Assembly: GCA_963675595.2 (NCBI GenBank)
Contig: CAXXLZ010000002.1
Coordinates: 2,144,001-2,208,000, forward strand
Direction of reading: 5' to 3'
From: Thermodesulfobacteriota bacterium
GTDB lineage: Bacteria > Desulfobacterota > Desulfarculia > JACQYL01
Length of the DNA: 64,000 bases
How positions within the stretch are numbered: the stretch's first letter is position 1; every line of letters starts with the position of its first letter. The position numbers and the translations under genes were made by a program. Below are positions 19,795 through 30,086 of the stretch, piece by piece. The notes beneath the pieces were generated by a model, which saw only the letters and a program-made list of their open reading frames with translations, was not told where the DNA came from and made no database searches.

Positions 19795-21282
19795 ATGGCC
19801 AAGAAAATGTTGATCAACGCCATCGACCCTGAAGAGTGTCGCGTGGCCGTCATGGAGAATAATCTCCTGGAGGAATTCTACTTGGAAAGCTCCTCCACCG
19901 AACAACTCAAAGGAAACATCTACAGAGGACGGGTCTCCAATATCGAACCCAGTCTGCAGGCCTGTTTCGTCGACTTTGGAGACCCTCACGACGGTTTTCT
20001 GCAAATCGATGAGATTCACCCTGAATACTTCCAGGAACACGACGAAAGGACTGCCAAGCGTGGTGAAATCAAACGCCTGATCGAGCCGGGCCAGGAATTG
20101 CTGGTCCAGGTCGTGAAGGACGCTTCAGGTCAGAAACGCCCCACTCTAACCACTTACCTCAGCATCGCGGGCCGCTACACGGTGCTCATGCCGGGACGCA
20201 CCAGTGGAGGCGTCTCACGCAAAATCGAAGATGAAAAGGAACGGGAACGTCTAAAGGAAATCCAGAAGGAACTGCCCGTTCCCGAAGAAATCTCCATCAT
20301 TCTTCGCACCGCCGCTTCCGGGAAATCCAAACGGGAACTGCTGCACGAAGGCAAAACCGTATTGCGCCTTTGGGAAGAAATCCGCCAGAGAGGCCAGGAA
20401 GCGGTGGCGCCCGCCTTGATCTACAAAGAACAGGACCTTGCCATTCGATTTATTCGTGATCATTTTTCGCCGGAAATTAAGGAAATCATTATCGACGACA
20501 AGGAAATGTATAGAAGAGCCGTTGAATTCATCAAGATCATCTCCCCTCGGCAAAGAAACCAGGTCAAACTGTACAAGGGCAAGGAACCGCTTTTTGCCAG
20601 GTACAATCTGGAAAACCAGATCGAGTCCATCTTCCAGAACCGGGTATCGCTCAAGTCCGGCGGCAGCATCGTCATCGCCCCAACCGAGGCCTTGATTTCG
20701 GTTGACGTCAATTCGGGGAAAGCCACTCGGGAACAGGACCTGGAGGAGACGGCGTACAAGACCAATCTGGAAGCGGCGGAGGAAATCGTCCGTCAACTCA
20801 GGCTACGCGATTTGGGAGGGTTGGTGGTCATTGATTTCATCGACATGCGCGACGCCCGGCATCGAAAGGAAGTTCTGAAACGACTCAGGGACAGCCTGAA
20901 AAAGGACCGCGCCCGAACCCGAAGTTCGGGAATCTCCAAGTTCGGACTCGTGGAGCTGTCTCGGCAGAAAATGGGCCTTCCTCTCCAACAGAGGACCTAT
21001 GTGAACTGCCCGACCTGCGGGGGTAAAGGCGTTGTCAAGACGCCGGTGGGGGTGGCCCTGGACCACCTCCGTAAGATTTGGCTCACCGTAAGTTCCAACC
21101 AATTGAGCGAGCTCTCCGTCCGCCTTCCCGTGGAAGTGGCCACTTATCTCCTTAATCAAAAACGTCACGTTCTGTCCGAGCTCGAAAGCAAGCACAACGT
21201 TTCCATTCGCATTTTGCCGGAGCCGTCCTTCGCTCATGGAGATATCGACCAGGAAGCCTCAAAGAAGGAGTCCGGACAATAG
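19795..21282 (+). CDS. rne: Ribonuclease E/G family
   Basis: GNIYRGRV, FVDFG, VDVNSG, LRLRDLGGLVVIDFIDM and Zn-link CPTCGGKG. No long C-terminal scaffold. Confidence 0.93.
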   Translation: MAKKMLINAIDPEECRVAVMENNLLEEFYLESSSTEQLKGNIYRGRVSNIEPSLQACFVDFGDPHDGFLQIDEIHPEYFQEHDERTAKRGEIKRLIEPGQELLVQVVKDASGQKRPTLTTYLSIAGRYTVLMPGRTSGGVSRKIEDEKERERLKEIQKELPVPEEISIILRTAASGKSKRELLHEGKTVLRLWEEIRQRGQEAVAPALIYKEQDLAIRFIRDHFSPEIKEIIIDDKEMYRRAVEFIKIISPRQRNQVKLYKGKEPLFARYNLENQIESIFQNRVSLKSGGSIVIAPTEALISVDVNSGKATREQDLEETAYKTNLEAAEEIVRQLRLRDLGGLVVIDFIDMRDARHRKEVLKRLRDSLKKDRARTRSSGISKFGLVELSRQKMGLPLQQRTYVNCPTCGGKGVVKTPVGVALDHLRKIWLTVSSNQLSELSVRLPVEVATYLLNQKRHVLSELESKHNVSIRILPEPSFAHGDIDQEASKKESGQ

Positions 21283-21497
21283 GCTCCACTGCAGAGAACA
21301 TAGAACCTGTATTCGCGGAAGAAGAAGGTGTGAACCGATTGTGTGATCCGATGGAAGGAATGTTCCGCGCTCCCGTGCGCGAGAGAACGATGCGGAGTGA
21401 AAATTCCTGTTTTGGTTCGATATTTTCTGTGGTACAGTAGAACAATCGACTCTGTCTGAGCGGGTGACTCGTTTCAGCTCGAACAAAAGGAGACCGC

Positions 21498-21776
21498 GTG
21501 AATAAGTCACAACTGGTCGAAAAATTGGCCAAAGATGAGGGACTCACGATTCAGGCGGCCGAATCGGTGGTCAATCAGTTCTTCGGAGAGATCGAAACAG
21601 CGTTGATGCTGGATGAACGCGTGGAGATTAGAGGCTTCGGCAGTTTCAAAGCCAAGCATTACGAAGGTTATACGGGGCGCAATCCCAAGACCGGAGACCC
21701 CATCCGGGTACGGCAGAAACGCCTGCCCTTTTTTAAGCCGGGAAAAGACCTGAAAGAGCGGGCCGACGTTATGTAA
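21498..21776 (+). CDS. ihfB: Integration host factor beta / HU family protein
   Basis: RVEIRGFGSF, GRNPKTG, PFFKPGKDLKER; AAGGAG RBS. Confidence 0.9.
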   Translation: MNKSQLVEKLAKDEGLTIQAAESVVNQFFGEIETALMLDERVEIRGFGSFKAKHYEGYTGRNPKTGDPIRVRQKRLPFFKPGKDLKERADVM

Positions 21777-22246
21777 CCGTCGGTGAGCCCGGAAGGCCGT
21801 CAAGAAAGAGGGTGACGTCCGGTGTCCGCCGGGGTCGTACGTCCCTCGGCCGGAGTCCTTTGTCGTATTCCGAACAGGCGTCCGATGTCGCGCCGAGGCG
21901 CTTCCCGTTTGGTCACACATCTTCCCCCTTACAACGAAGCATGTTTGGAATCATGATCGAGGCTCCGTGAGCTTCGCTATACCTCTTTGTTGATCCGCCC
22001 GGTTCCGTAAACGCTCTCGTCGATCCATGTCCGCACTGTTAAGGCTCCCTTCACAAGAGCTCCCGATCAAATCGGCGATCCCGTCCACCGAAGGCCTAAG
22101 GCCTCACGTTAAGGGGCCCCGTCGCGAGCGCTCCCCAATGTGAACCCCACGCCCCGGCGGTATCGTGCCGCTTTGGATACCACCGGAGCGCGGGCCGACG
22201 ACTTGTCGGACGATCATTCGAGAATGGGCATGGAGCCCGTCCGGCC

Positions 22247-23566
22247 TCAGAAGTTATAAATCGTGCTGATCTGCAGACGGTTCTCGTGGTTTTCGCCTTC
22301 AATGGAATCCGTATCGAAGAAGGAAACCTGGAGCCTCGTCTGTTTGAGCAGACGATATGTTACTCGCCACTTGTGGCCCTCGCGATTCGTTCCGTAGAAA
22401 TCACCGTCCGAGAACAGACCCAGGACCGAGTCCGACTCGATGTGTTTGTACATATATTCGAACTTCCACTCTCCCTGCTTTTTGTCCGAGCCGAAGTCGA
22501 TCCCCGTTCCCCAGGCGGTATCCCGATCATCCGGAACGTCTTCCGCCGTGTTCACCAAGTAGTCTCCCCACAGCCGCAGCGGGAAACCCGCCACCTTGAA
22601 CTTGCAGTCTCCTATGACTTCAGCGACCTTGAAATCATAGGCAAGAATGGAGCTGCCGGACTCATCGGTAACCGTGGTGTTTCCTTTGGCACGGTCCGAT
22701 TGCCCCAGTCTGCTCTTCTCCAACTCGCTATAGTCGTAATAGCTTCCGGCAAGACGCACCTCCACCGGAGCCACATTCACGTTCACGCCCGCTTGCCAGA
22801 GCACCAGCATGGCATCCTTGTCGAGGTTGCTTTCCGTGATGAACATCTGCCCCAACTTCGCGAAAGGCTGCACCGTGTTCCAACCTTTGTAGGTATACAG
22901 CTCATAGAAACCTTCGGGGTTCACGTCGGGGTCCCAGGTGATGTCGCTGTGAAGGAAGGGATTCTTGAATTTTCCGAATCCCAGTTCAAACCCGTCGAGC
23001 CAATCGGGTCGATAGTCGCTCCAGGCTCTGGCGATGAAGACGGCCTTGTTGTCGAATTCATCCTTCAAAGTCTGGTTGCTGGTTTGTCCGAGCTGACTGT
23101 CGCTGGTGCTCAACATATAGTGAACGGCGATTTCGTCCGTAAGGTCGGAATCACCATACAGCCTTAACCGGATCCGGAATCGATTCCGGTCGTCGATGTC
23201 CTTCCCCTTGCTTTCGCGCGCGTACATCCCCTCGTAACGTAGGCGCAGGTCACCGGAGATTTTCAGCTTCTTGGCCCATTCCAAAGGTTTGATGGACTCC
23301 TGAATTTCGGACTTCACCTGTTGTATCTGCTGCTCTTGAGCCGCTCGCTCTTTCTGTTGGTTTTCACCATAATCCTGCAATTGTTGCTTAAGCCGCTCGA
23401 TCTCTTCCTGCTGCCGCTGAACCGTGGACTGCAACTGCTCGATTCGATCAAGGACGGAGTTGATGTCCGGGGGGGCCGCGATCGCCGGCGAGCTGTTTAA
23501 TGAAACAGCCAACCATGCGCAGAGCAAGACAAGGGAACCTGATATTCGAACAACCCTGAAACTCAT
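22247..23566 (-). CDS. Putative outer-membrane porin with an N-terminal coiled coil
   Basis: Signal peptide, coiled coil, ISGDLRLRYE, RNRFRIRLRL, amphipathic beta strands, C-terminal YNF; AGGAGG RBS. Confidence 0.85.
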   Translation of the reverse strand: MSFRVVRISGSLVLLCAWLAVSLNSSPAIAAPPDINSVLDRIEQLQSTVQRQQEEIERLKQQLQDYGENQQKERAAQEQQIQQVKSEIQESIKPLEWAKKLKISGDLRLRYEGMYARESKGKDIDDRNRFRIRLRLYGDSDLTDEIAVHYMLSTSDSQLGQTSNQTLKDEFDNKAVFIARAWSDYRPDWLDGFELGFGKFKNPFLHSDITWDPDVNPEGFYELYTYKGWNTVQPFAKLGQMFITESNLDKDAMLVLWQAGVNVNVAPVEVRLAGSYYDYSELEKSRLGQSDRAKGNTTVTDESGSSILAYDFKVAEVIGDCKFKVAGFPLRLWGDYLVNTAEDVPDDRDTAWGTGIDFGSDKKQGEWKFEYMYKHIESDSVLGLFSDGDFYGTNREGHKWRVTYRLLKQTRLQVSFFDTDSIEGENHENRLQISTIYNF

Positions 23567-23749
23567 GGATACCTCCTATTGAACGAGAAGATGCCGGCGT
23601 ACATGGTACGTCCCATGACTGTGATTTATTTCACAATACTGACAAATGTCCTCCTTTCCGGCTGTTATGGAAATGCCTTTCCGTCGGCTGTGTGCGTCGG
23701 GGATTCCCGACGCTTCACAGTCGTTTATCGATGGATTTCGACTTGGGGG

Positions 23750-23765
23750 AGCAAGGCGCGTGCCA
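23750..23765 (-). promoter_or_regulatory. Sigma-54 (RpoN) -24/-12 promoter of the porin gene
   Basis: Minus strand reads TGGCACGCGCCTTGCT, an exact TGGCAC-N5-TTGC match. Confidence 0.75.
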
Positions 23766-23790
23766 TATCCGGTTCAGAGTTGGGCAAACG

Positions 23791-23803
23791 TAATACTTTG
23801 ATC
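23791..23803 (-). promoter_or_regulatory. Putative IHF site
   Basis: Minus strand GATCAAAGTATTA resembles WATCAANNNNTTR, just upstream of the sigma-54 site. Confidence 0.5.
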
Positions 23804-23926
23804 TCACTTGATATTGTCCAGACAAGCCTCACAAGTGTCGCCCGCCGCATTGCCCGCCCCGGCGGAATTTTTTACAACCTGTAACGAAAACCGGCTCCCC
23901 CTTCCCTTGGTATCGATCCACAGACT

Positions 23927-26900
23927 TCAGGCGGCTCGAAACTCCTCACCGGACGACTCCCCCGATTCCACATCCTTCCGTCCACTTGCCGCGCCCACAT
24001 CGTGACATCCCGGCAATTCCCCGGGCACCCGGCCACCGCCGCCGACCCCGACAGGTTCGACCTCTCTTGTAGGCGGCGGTACCGAATCCACCAAGCGCCC
24101 TATGGCATTCAGATAACTTTCCGACCGGTCCAAATAGAATGCCAGAGGGCGAGCGAAATTCTTCCCCACCAAGCCGTTGATCAACAGCAAGCTGACTTCA
24201 CGTTTCCGCTGCAGGAGGGCCTGCGAAGTTAACAGAATCTCCCGCTCCTCATCCGACAAGCCTGCGATCAACGCGCGAAGGGCCGTGTGAGCCCTGGGCT
24301 GGTACATCCAGAAATACAGCATGTCCAGGGCGTTCACGATGACGATCTTCTCCAAGTCCCTGATTTCCGCGTTTCGGCGATGACCGTTCTTTGCTGCGGA
24401 TTTCAGCAAATCGGAAGCCTGATCCTCGGGGAAGAGCATCTCCAATCGTGCATACACATCGAACAATTCGGCCAGTTTGGTTCCGTAATCCCGAAGCCTG
24501 AGCCGCACGTTGACGTACCGATCCGCCGTGCCTTCGATAACGCCCGCCACCAAATCGGAGGCCCCTTTGGAAATGATGGCCGCCCATCTTTGCAGCACGG
24601 CGTCAACAGCGGCCGTTCCAGCGAAGGCTAAAATGCTCCCCGCCGCTGAGTTGATCACCACTGCAATGGGAATCGACAGAACGCTCCTGAAGAAATTGCC
24701 GACAGCCGCGCTTTTCGGCAGTCCCCTGAAGAGATTGTGTGCGGATAGGTAGCAGCCGTTGGCCAAAGCCATTGCCGCATACATGAGAACCGGACCGGTG
24801 CTTGTGTTGACGCCGAAAGTCCCGTCAAGAAGCCGGGTTTTGACGACATAATCCAGGAGGGGGACCGAGAACCCGGTGAACAGCAGAGAGTCGGTAATTC
24901 GCTCCCAACTCACGTAATCGTTCCAGCGTAAGAGAGAGGAACTTCTGATACCGCCGCCGCCCAGAACCGACTGAAGAACGTTTCGAATTCCCGTAATACC
25001 AAACCATATGGGAGCACCGAGATAGGCCAACAGCCACCAATCCTTGGTCAGCAGGAACGTGGCGAAGGCGGGGATGAAACCGACCGCCACTTTGATCAGG
25101 TTCTTTATCCCGGTATTCAAATACCGCGGGCCGGGGACACGGCTTCTACTCAAGCGAGGCGCCTCAAGATCGAATCCGTTGGTTGATCCGGCGGTAATGC
25201 CCCCAAGTGTGATTACATTGCCCCGGCGTACCAATTGAGCCGAATCTTCGGCTTCCGACCAGTCTTCCTTCTTTTCGTAACCCAGGAATGCGGGAAGGGG
25301 AAATCGCCTGAGCAAACCCGGCACACGATCACCGACTCCGCCGCCGGAGCGGCGAGGTACATAAGTCACGCGTTTGAGGGCCTGAATTCGTATCGGAATG
25401 ATTTCACGGCCGGTCCCACGAAGCATTTCTTCTCCTCGCAGCCGCCCGCCTGGAAGCGTTTCGAGCACGGCGAGCCCCATGCCGTGAAATCCGGGCATCC
25501 GGCCCGTGGAATCACTGCCGATACGGGCCTTCAACTTCCTCGCAGCATACATCACCTTGAAGGCGCCGATGTCGTGCAGGATCACTTTGAGCTTCCCGAT
25601 GCGTTCTTCGTGTCCTTGCACGCCGCGTTTTTCGACCTTTTCAAGGGCGGCGGTTATAATCCTTTTGAGTTTGACCGCATTCCCTTCATTCAAGGCTTGT
25701 TGAAGCGCATTGATCTGTGGAATGTCCTCCATGCGCCCGCATCGATAGTCTTTCAGATTGAACAGCTCGAGGCGGCTGATCAGACCCCGGCAATCGTACA
25801 GAATTTCGATGACGTCTTCGATCCGAAGATTCGTGAGATTCAGCGTGATCCTGAAAGCCGAATGCAGTTGTCTCAACCGCTCGATCAATTCGTGAGGGCC
25901 GAGACTCGGGAACTCGGACTCACCCTCGGAGGAACCCGATTGGGAATGCACCGCCGGACCGGAGGAAACGAGGAATTGCTCCATAATGGAATAGGCGTCC
26001 AGCCTGTTCATCTCCTCCACTTGACGAATGATGGTGCCGCGTTCTTCCCGGCTTGCGGCTTGATAAAGCGTTCTCAGCCGTTCAAACCGAGCACGCAACA
26101 GAGGCAGAAGCGACGCATGAATGTATTCCGCCAAATGCAGTTCCGATGCCTGACCCGTTCCGACGAAGGCGGAGAACGCCTCAGGGGACAACGGCGGCAA
26201 ATCGACTCCGTACCTGCGGTTGATTTCCGGCCTGTGCCGGGTGTTGAATTCGTTGAGCAAGTTGATGATGTGCGTCGTTCGACGGTCGGAAACGCGACGT
26301 CCTTCCTCCATGAACGAGGTAACGGTGTCTTCGGCGAGGAAACAAAGGAAGGCCTGGGTGTCGGGGAAGCCCCGTGGAACCCAGATGAGCTGGATATGTT
26401 TATCGTGAAACCGCGCCTTGAATTCTATCCCGATCTTGACCGTGACCCCCATGATACGAGCGGCTTCGAGTAGTTCGACCGCGAATTTGGGCTCCAGGTA
26501 GTTGTAGTAGATCACCCGAATTCGCCGAATCCCCTTGATCCAGGCATCCATGATCAGGTGGCTTGAAGATTTCCGCCCTTTGGTGTTGACGTCGTGGACA
26601 TGATCGTCAAAGGACAACTGATTCCACGCTTCAGGCATTTCGAGCAGATGATACTTCTCAAGGAACCTCCTGATGATTCTGGGTTTTCCCCCGGCCGCGA
26701 CACGGAAATCATGGGCGAGTTCCAATTCCTTCCGCTCTTCTCCCGTGGTTCTGACCAAGTCCTTCATGATTTGCAGAAGCACCCTTGCCGTGTTCTTGGG
26801 CATGGGCCCCAATGCGGCATGCACCACTTCGTCACGGAGAATTCCGAGAGCGGCGAGACGGTCGTCCACTGCCCCGGCTTCTAAGGAATGAAGAAGATGA

Positions 26901-27076
26901 GCGGCGGCGTAGGCGATGCGCAACCCCTTGGTTTCGACCATTTCCTTAATGCCGTGGGGATGCAGATGGGGATAAAGAAGGCGCCGATCCGCCTCCCGGG
27001 ATTTGCTCCTCGCCCGAACATCGTTCACGATGTTGAGAAGTTGTCGGTCTCGCTTATCGAAATATAGGCTCGGCAT
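23927..27076 (-). CDS. Large hypothetical protein with PHP-like metallophosphoesterase motifs and a C-terminal membrane region
   Basis: 1049-aa ORF with AAAAGGA RBS; DDHVHD, IGIEF, HLAEYIH, LELFN, IGSDSTG; several hydrophobic helices in the C-terminal third. Confidence 0.8.
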   Translation of the reverse strand: MPSLYFDKRDRQLLNIVNDVRARSKSREADRRLLYPHLHPHGIKEMVETKGLRIAYAAAHLLHSLEAGAVDDRLAALGILRDEVVHAALGPMPKNTARVLLQIMKDLVRTTGEERKELELAHDFRVAAGGKPRIIRRFLEKYHLLEMPEAWNQLSFDDHVHDVNTKGRKSSSHLIMDAWIKGIRRIRVIYYNYLEPKFAVELLEAARIMGVTVKIGIEFKARFHDKHIQLIWVPRGFPDTQAFLCFLAEDTVTSFMEEGRRVSDRRTTHIINLLNEFNTRHRPEINRRYGVDLPPLSPEAFSAFVGTGQASELHLAEYIHASLLPLLRARFERLRTLYQAASREERGTIIRQVEEMNRLDAYSIMEQFLVSSGPAVHSQSGSSEGESEFPSLGPHELIERLRQLHSAFRITLNLTNLRIEDVIEILYDCRGLISRLELFNLKDYRCGRMEDIPQINALQQALNEGNAVKLKRIITAALEKVEKRGVQGHEERIGKLKVILHDIGAFKVMYAARKLKARIGSDSTGRMPGFHGMGLAVLETLPGGRLRGEEMLRGTGREIIPIRIQALKRVTYVPRRSGGGVGDRVPGLLRRFPLPAFLGYEKKEDWSEAEDSAQLVRRGNVITLGGITAGSTNGFDLEAPRLSRSRVPGPRYLNTGIKNLIKVAVGFIPAFATFLLTKDWWLLAYLGAPIWFGITGIRNVLQSVLGGGGIRSSSLLRWNDYVSWERITDSLLFTGFSVPLLDYVVKTRLLDGTFGVNTSTGPVLMYAAMALANGCYLSAHNLFRGLPKSAAVGNFFRSVLSIPIAVVINSAAGSILAFAGTAAVDAVLQRWAAIISKGASDLVAGVIEGTADRYVNVRLRLRDYGTKLAELFDVYARLEMLFPEDQASDLLKSAAKNGHRRNAEIRDLEKIVIVNALDMLYFWMYQPRAHTALRALIAGLSDEEREILLTSQALLQRKREVSLLLINGLVGKNFARPLAFYLDRSESYLNAIGRLVDSVPPPTREVEPVGVGGGGRVPGELPGCHDVGAASGRKDVESGESSGEEFRAA

Positions 27077-27238
27077 GATCGGGCGTCCTTTTCAACGGCG
27101 GCTTCGAAAGGTGAGCCGCACGAATAACTCCATGGGATGTTGCCGGATTCATGCCGGCCTGCGGATAAGTGAGCGAAGGTGATTTCAATAGTTAGAACAG
27201 CATGTTGGATAAACAACGGTATCGGTCGCGTTCGGAAG

Positions 27239-27266
27239 AACGTACCGCTTTTTTACATGTTGTCAA
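27239..27266 (-). promoter_or_regulatory. Putative sigma-70 promoter for the 1049-aa gene
   Basis: TTGACA, 16-bp spacer, TACGTT on the minus strand. Confidence 0.4.
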
Positions 27267-27279
27267 TTTTTCGTAACAT

Positions 27280-27834
27280 ATGGGAGATGTGTGGGTGGGA
27301 GCGGCCGGCAAGCCTCACTATACGGTCTTTCCAAAAGACTCGATCACGTCCCTTGCGTCAAAGATGAAAGCGAACCCTGACTACGCCCGACGGATTGAGC
27401 GGGATATCGAATTCGAGAAACGGGAGATCAAGTTTTCGAAGACACAGGGAAAGCTCCCCAAGAAAAGCCGGGGAGATTCGGAAGAGATCATCCAACGTAT
27501 CGTATCGATCCTCAGGATTCTTGAAACCGAAGGACCGGCGTCTTTCGCAGGAGCCAAGATCGCAAATAAGCTTGTCTCGATTGCGGGTTCGGAACATAAT
27601 ATCGAAAAACGGCTCAAGAACCCCGAATTTGCCGATTCGAATCTTGAAGAACGTCCTACCGGACATCTGAACCTTTTTCTCACATACGGTCCCGGCCGGG
27701 GGCGAAGAAACAACCCCTGTCGGTTTCGGCGGGCTTTCTTGACACCGTTCGTGGCGTATATCCTGCAAAATCGGTCGTCGGACCGACTGTATTTCGGCCG
27801 GATACATAACTCGGAATCCTGGATTTCCCTATAG
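27280..27834 (+). CDS. Hypothetical protein
   Basis: 184-codon ORF with a charged helical composition and no recognised motif. Confidence 0.35.
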   Translation: MGDVWVGAAGKPHYTVFPKDSITSLASKMKANPDYARRIERDIEFEKREIKFSKTQGKLPKKSRGDSEEIIQRIVSILRILETEGPASFAGAKIANKLVSIAGSEHNIEKRLKNPEFADSNLEERPTGHLNLFLTYGPGRGRRNNPCRFRRAFLTPFVAYILQNRSSDRLYFGRIHNSESWISL

Positions 27835-27950
27835 GACAATGCTCAAGACGGCTTGGCCAAGACCATCAAACGCTTCCCAGGCATATGCCGGTGGTGGATG
27901 CAGTGGTCCAAAGGCGATTGCGGAAACGTTTTAAGGAGTAACGACGGACC

Positions 27951-30086
27951 ATGAACCATGTGATCCACAACGGCATCGTGAATTTTGTCTGGGGCATCGC
28001 CGACGACGTGTTGCGCGATGTCTACGTGCGCGGCAAGTACCGCGACGTGATCCTGCCGATGACGGTTATTCGCCGTCTCGACGCGCTCTTGGAGCCGAGC
28101 AAGGAGCAGGTGCTCGGTATGAAGAAGCGGCTTGACGAGGCCGGCATCGCCAACCAGCACGCGGCGCTGTGCCAAGCCTCCGGCGAAGCGTTTTACAATG
28201 TATCGCCTTTTACCCTGCGCGACCTGAAGAACCGAGCCAAGCTTCAGCAGCTCAAGGCCGATTTCGAAGCCTACCTGGAAGGCTTTTCGCCCAACGTCCA
28301 GGAGATTCTCGACAAGTTCAAGTTCCGCAACCAGATCCCGACGCTGATCGAGGCGGACATTCTTGGCCATTTGATCGAGAAGTTCCTCGACCCCCGCATC
28401 AACCTTGCGCCCAAGCCGGTTACGGACGTGGACGGCAACGAGCTGCTCCCGGCGCTCGACAACCACTCCATGGGCACCGTCTTCGAGGAGCTGATCCGCC
28501 GCTTCAACGAGGAGAACAACGAAGAGGCCGGTGAGCACTTTACGCCCCGCGACGTGGTTAAGCTCATGGCCGACCTGATCTTCCTGCCGGTGGCCGACGA
28601 CATCGAGTCCGGCACCTATCTCGTCTATGACGGAGCCTGCGGCACCGGCGGCATGCTGACCGTGGCGGAGGAGCGTCTGGCCGAACTGGCCCGGAGTCAC
28701 GGCAAGGATGTCTCCATCCACCTCTTCGGACAGGAGGTGCAGCCCGAAACCTACGCCATTTCCAAGGCCGACCTGCTGCTCAAAGGCGAAGGAGCCGAGG
28801 CCGAAAACATGAAATACGGTTCCACGCTCTCCGGCGACGCCTTCCCGTCGCAGGAATTCGACTTCATGCTCTCCAATCCGCCCTACGGAAAAAGCTGGAA
28901 GACCGATCTGGAGCGCCTGGGCGGCAAGAACGACATCAGGGACCCGCGCTTTGTCACTCAATACGCCGGCGACCCGGAATACAGGATGATCACCCGCTCC
29001 TCGGACGGGCAGCTCATGTTCCTGGTCAACAAGCTCTCCAAGATGAAGCACACCACCCGCCTCGGCAGCCGCATCGCCGAGGTCCACAATGGCTCGTCTC
29101 TCTTTACCGGCGACGCCGGTCAAGGCGAGAGCAACATCCGCCGCTGGATCATCGAGAACGACCGGCTGGAGGCCGTCATCGCCCTGCCTGAGAACATGTT
29201 CTACAACACCGGCATCGCCACCTACATCTGGGTGCTGACCAACCGCAAGAGCGAAGATCGCCGGGGCAGGGTCCAGCTCATCGACGCCACCGAGTGGTTC
29301 GTGCCGCTACGGCGCAATCTCGGCAAGAAGAACTGCGAGTTCTCCGAGGAGCACATCCGGGCCATCTGCGAGCTGATGGCCAATCCGGAGGAAACCGAGA
29401 AATCCAAAATCTTCCCCAACGAGGCCTTCGGCTATTGGAAGGTAACGGTGGACCGTCCGCTCCGTCTCGCCGTTGATCTGAGCCCGACCCGGCTGGAACG
29501 GTTCGAGCGGACCTGTGTCAGAGCCAAGGAGGCACCACTTGCCGACCTGGCCCGCCGCGTGGCCGAACCCCTTGGAGCCGGTCCGCACCTGGATTTCAAC
29601 GCCTTCATGGACGCCTGCGACGACGACGCGGCCAAGCACGGCGTCAAGCTCACCGCCAAGCGGAAAAAACTGCTGCTAAGCGAACTCTGCGACACCCGCG
29701 AACACGCCGCGCCGGTCTTGAAGAAGGTTCACAAGCCGGGCAAGGCCACGCCCGACCCCATCCACGGCCTGTTCCAAGCCGAAGTGAACGGCAAGACCCG
29801 CGTGGTCGAATACGAGCCGGATACCGCCCTGCGCGACGGCGAGCAGGTGCCGCTGCCGGAAGAAGGCGGCATTGAGGCGTTCTTTCGGCGGGAGGTGCTG
29901 CCCTACACCCCGGATGCCTGGATCGACCCGGACAAGACGCTGGTGGGCTACGAGATCTCCTTCACCCGCCATTTTTACCGGCCCGCGCCCATGCGCACCC
30001 TGGAGGAGATCAAGGCCGACATCTACGCCCTGCAACAGGAAACCGAAGGCCTGCTGGAGCAGATTGTCGGGGAGGCGGAATCATGA
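27951..30086 (+). CDS. hsdM: Type I restriction-modification methyltransferase subunit M
   Basis: GEHFTPRDVV, YDGACGTGGM, NPPY, MFYNTGI; AAGGAG RBS. Confidence 0.96.
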   Translation: MNHVIHNGIVNFVWGIADDVLRDVYVRGKYRDVILPMTVIRRLDALLEPSKEQVLGMKKRLDEAGIANQHAALCQASGEAFYNVSPFTLRDLKNRAKLQQLKADFEAYLEGFSPNVQEILDKFKFRNQIPTLIEADILGHLIEKFLDPRINLAPKPVTDVDGNELLPALDNHSMGTVFEELIRRFNEENNEEAGEHFTPRDVVKLMADLIFLPVADDIESGTYLVYDGACGTGGMLTVAEERLAELARSHGKDVSIHLFGQEVQPETYAISKADLLLKGEGAEAENMKYGSTLSGDAFPSQEFDFMLSNPPYGKSWKTDLERLGGKNDIRDPRFVTQYAGDPEYRMITRSSDGQLMFLVNKLSKMKHTTRLGSRIAEVHNGSSLFTGDAGQGESNIRRWIIENDRLEAVIALPENMFYNTGIATYIWVLTNRKSEDRRGRVQLIDATEWFVPLRRNLGKKNCEFSEEHIRAICELMANPEETEKSKIFPNEAFGYWKVTVDRPLRLAVDLSPTRLERFERTCVRAKEAPLADLARRVAEPLGAGPHLDFNAFMDACDDDAAKHGVKLTAKRKKLLLSELCDTREHAAPVLKKVHKPGKATPDPIHGLFQAEVNGKTRVVEYEPDTALRDGEQVPLPEEGGIEAFFRREVLPYTPDAWIDPDKTLVGYEISFTRHFYRPAPMRTLEEIKADIYALQQETEGLLEQIVGEAES

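Noticed and set aside
21777-22246. 470-bp gap between the convergent ihf and porin genes as a possible ncRNA or small gene
   Set aside because: No recognisable RNA family motif and no convincing ORF.
23615-23650. Pho-box-like TGTCA/TCACA words upstream of the porin
   Set aside because: The spacing is not the 11-bp period and the match is weak.
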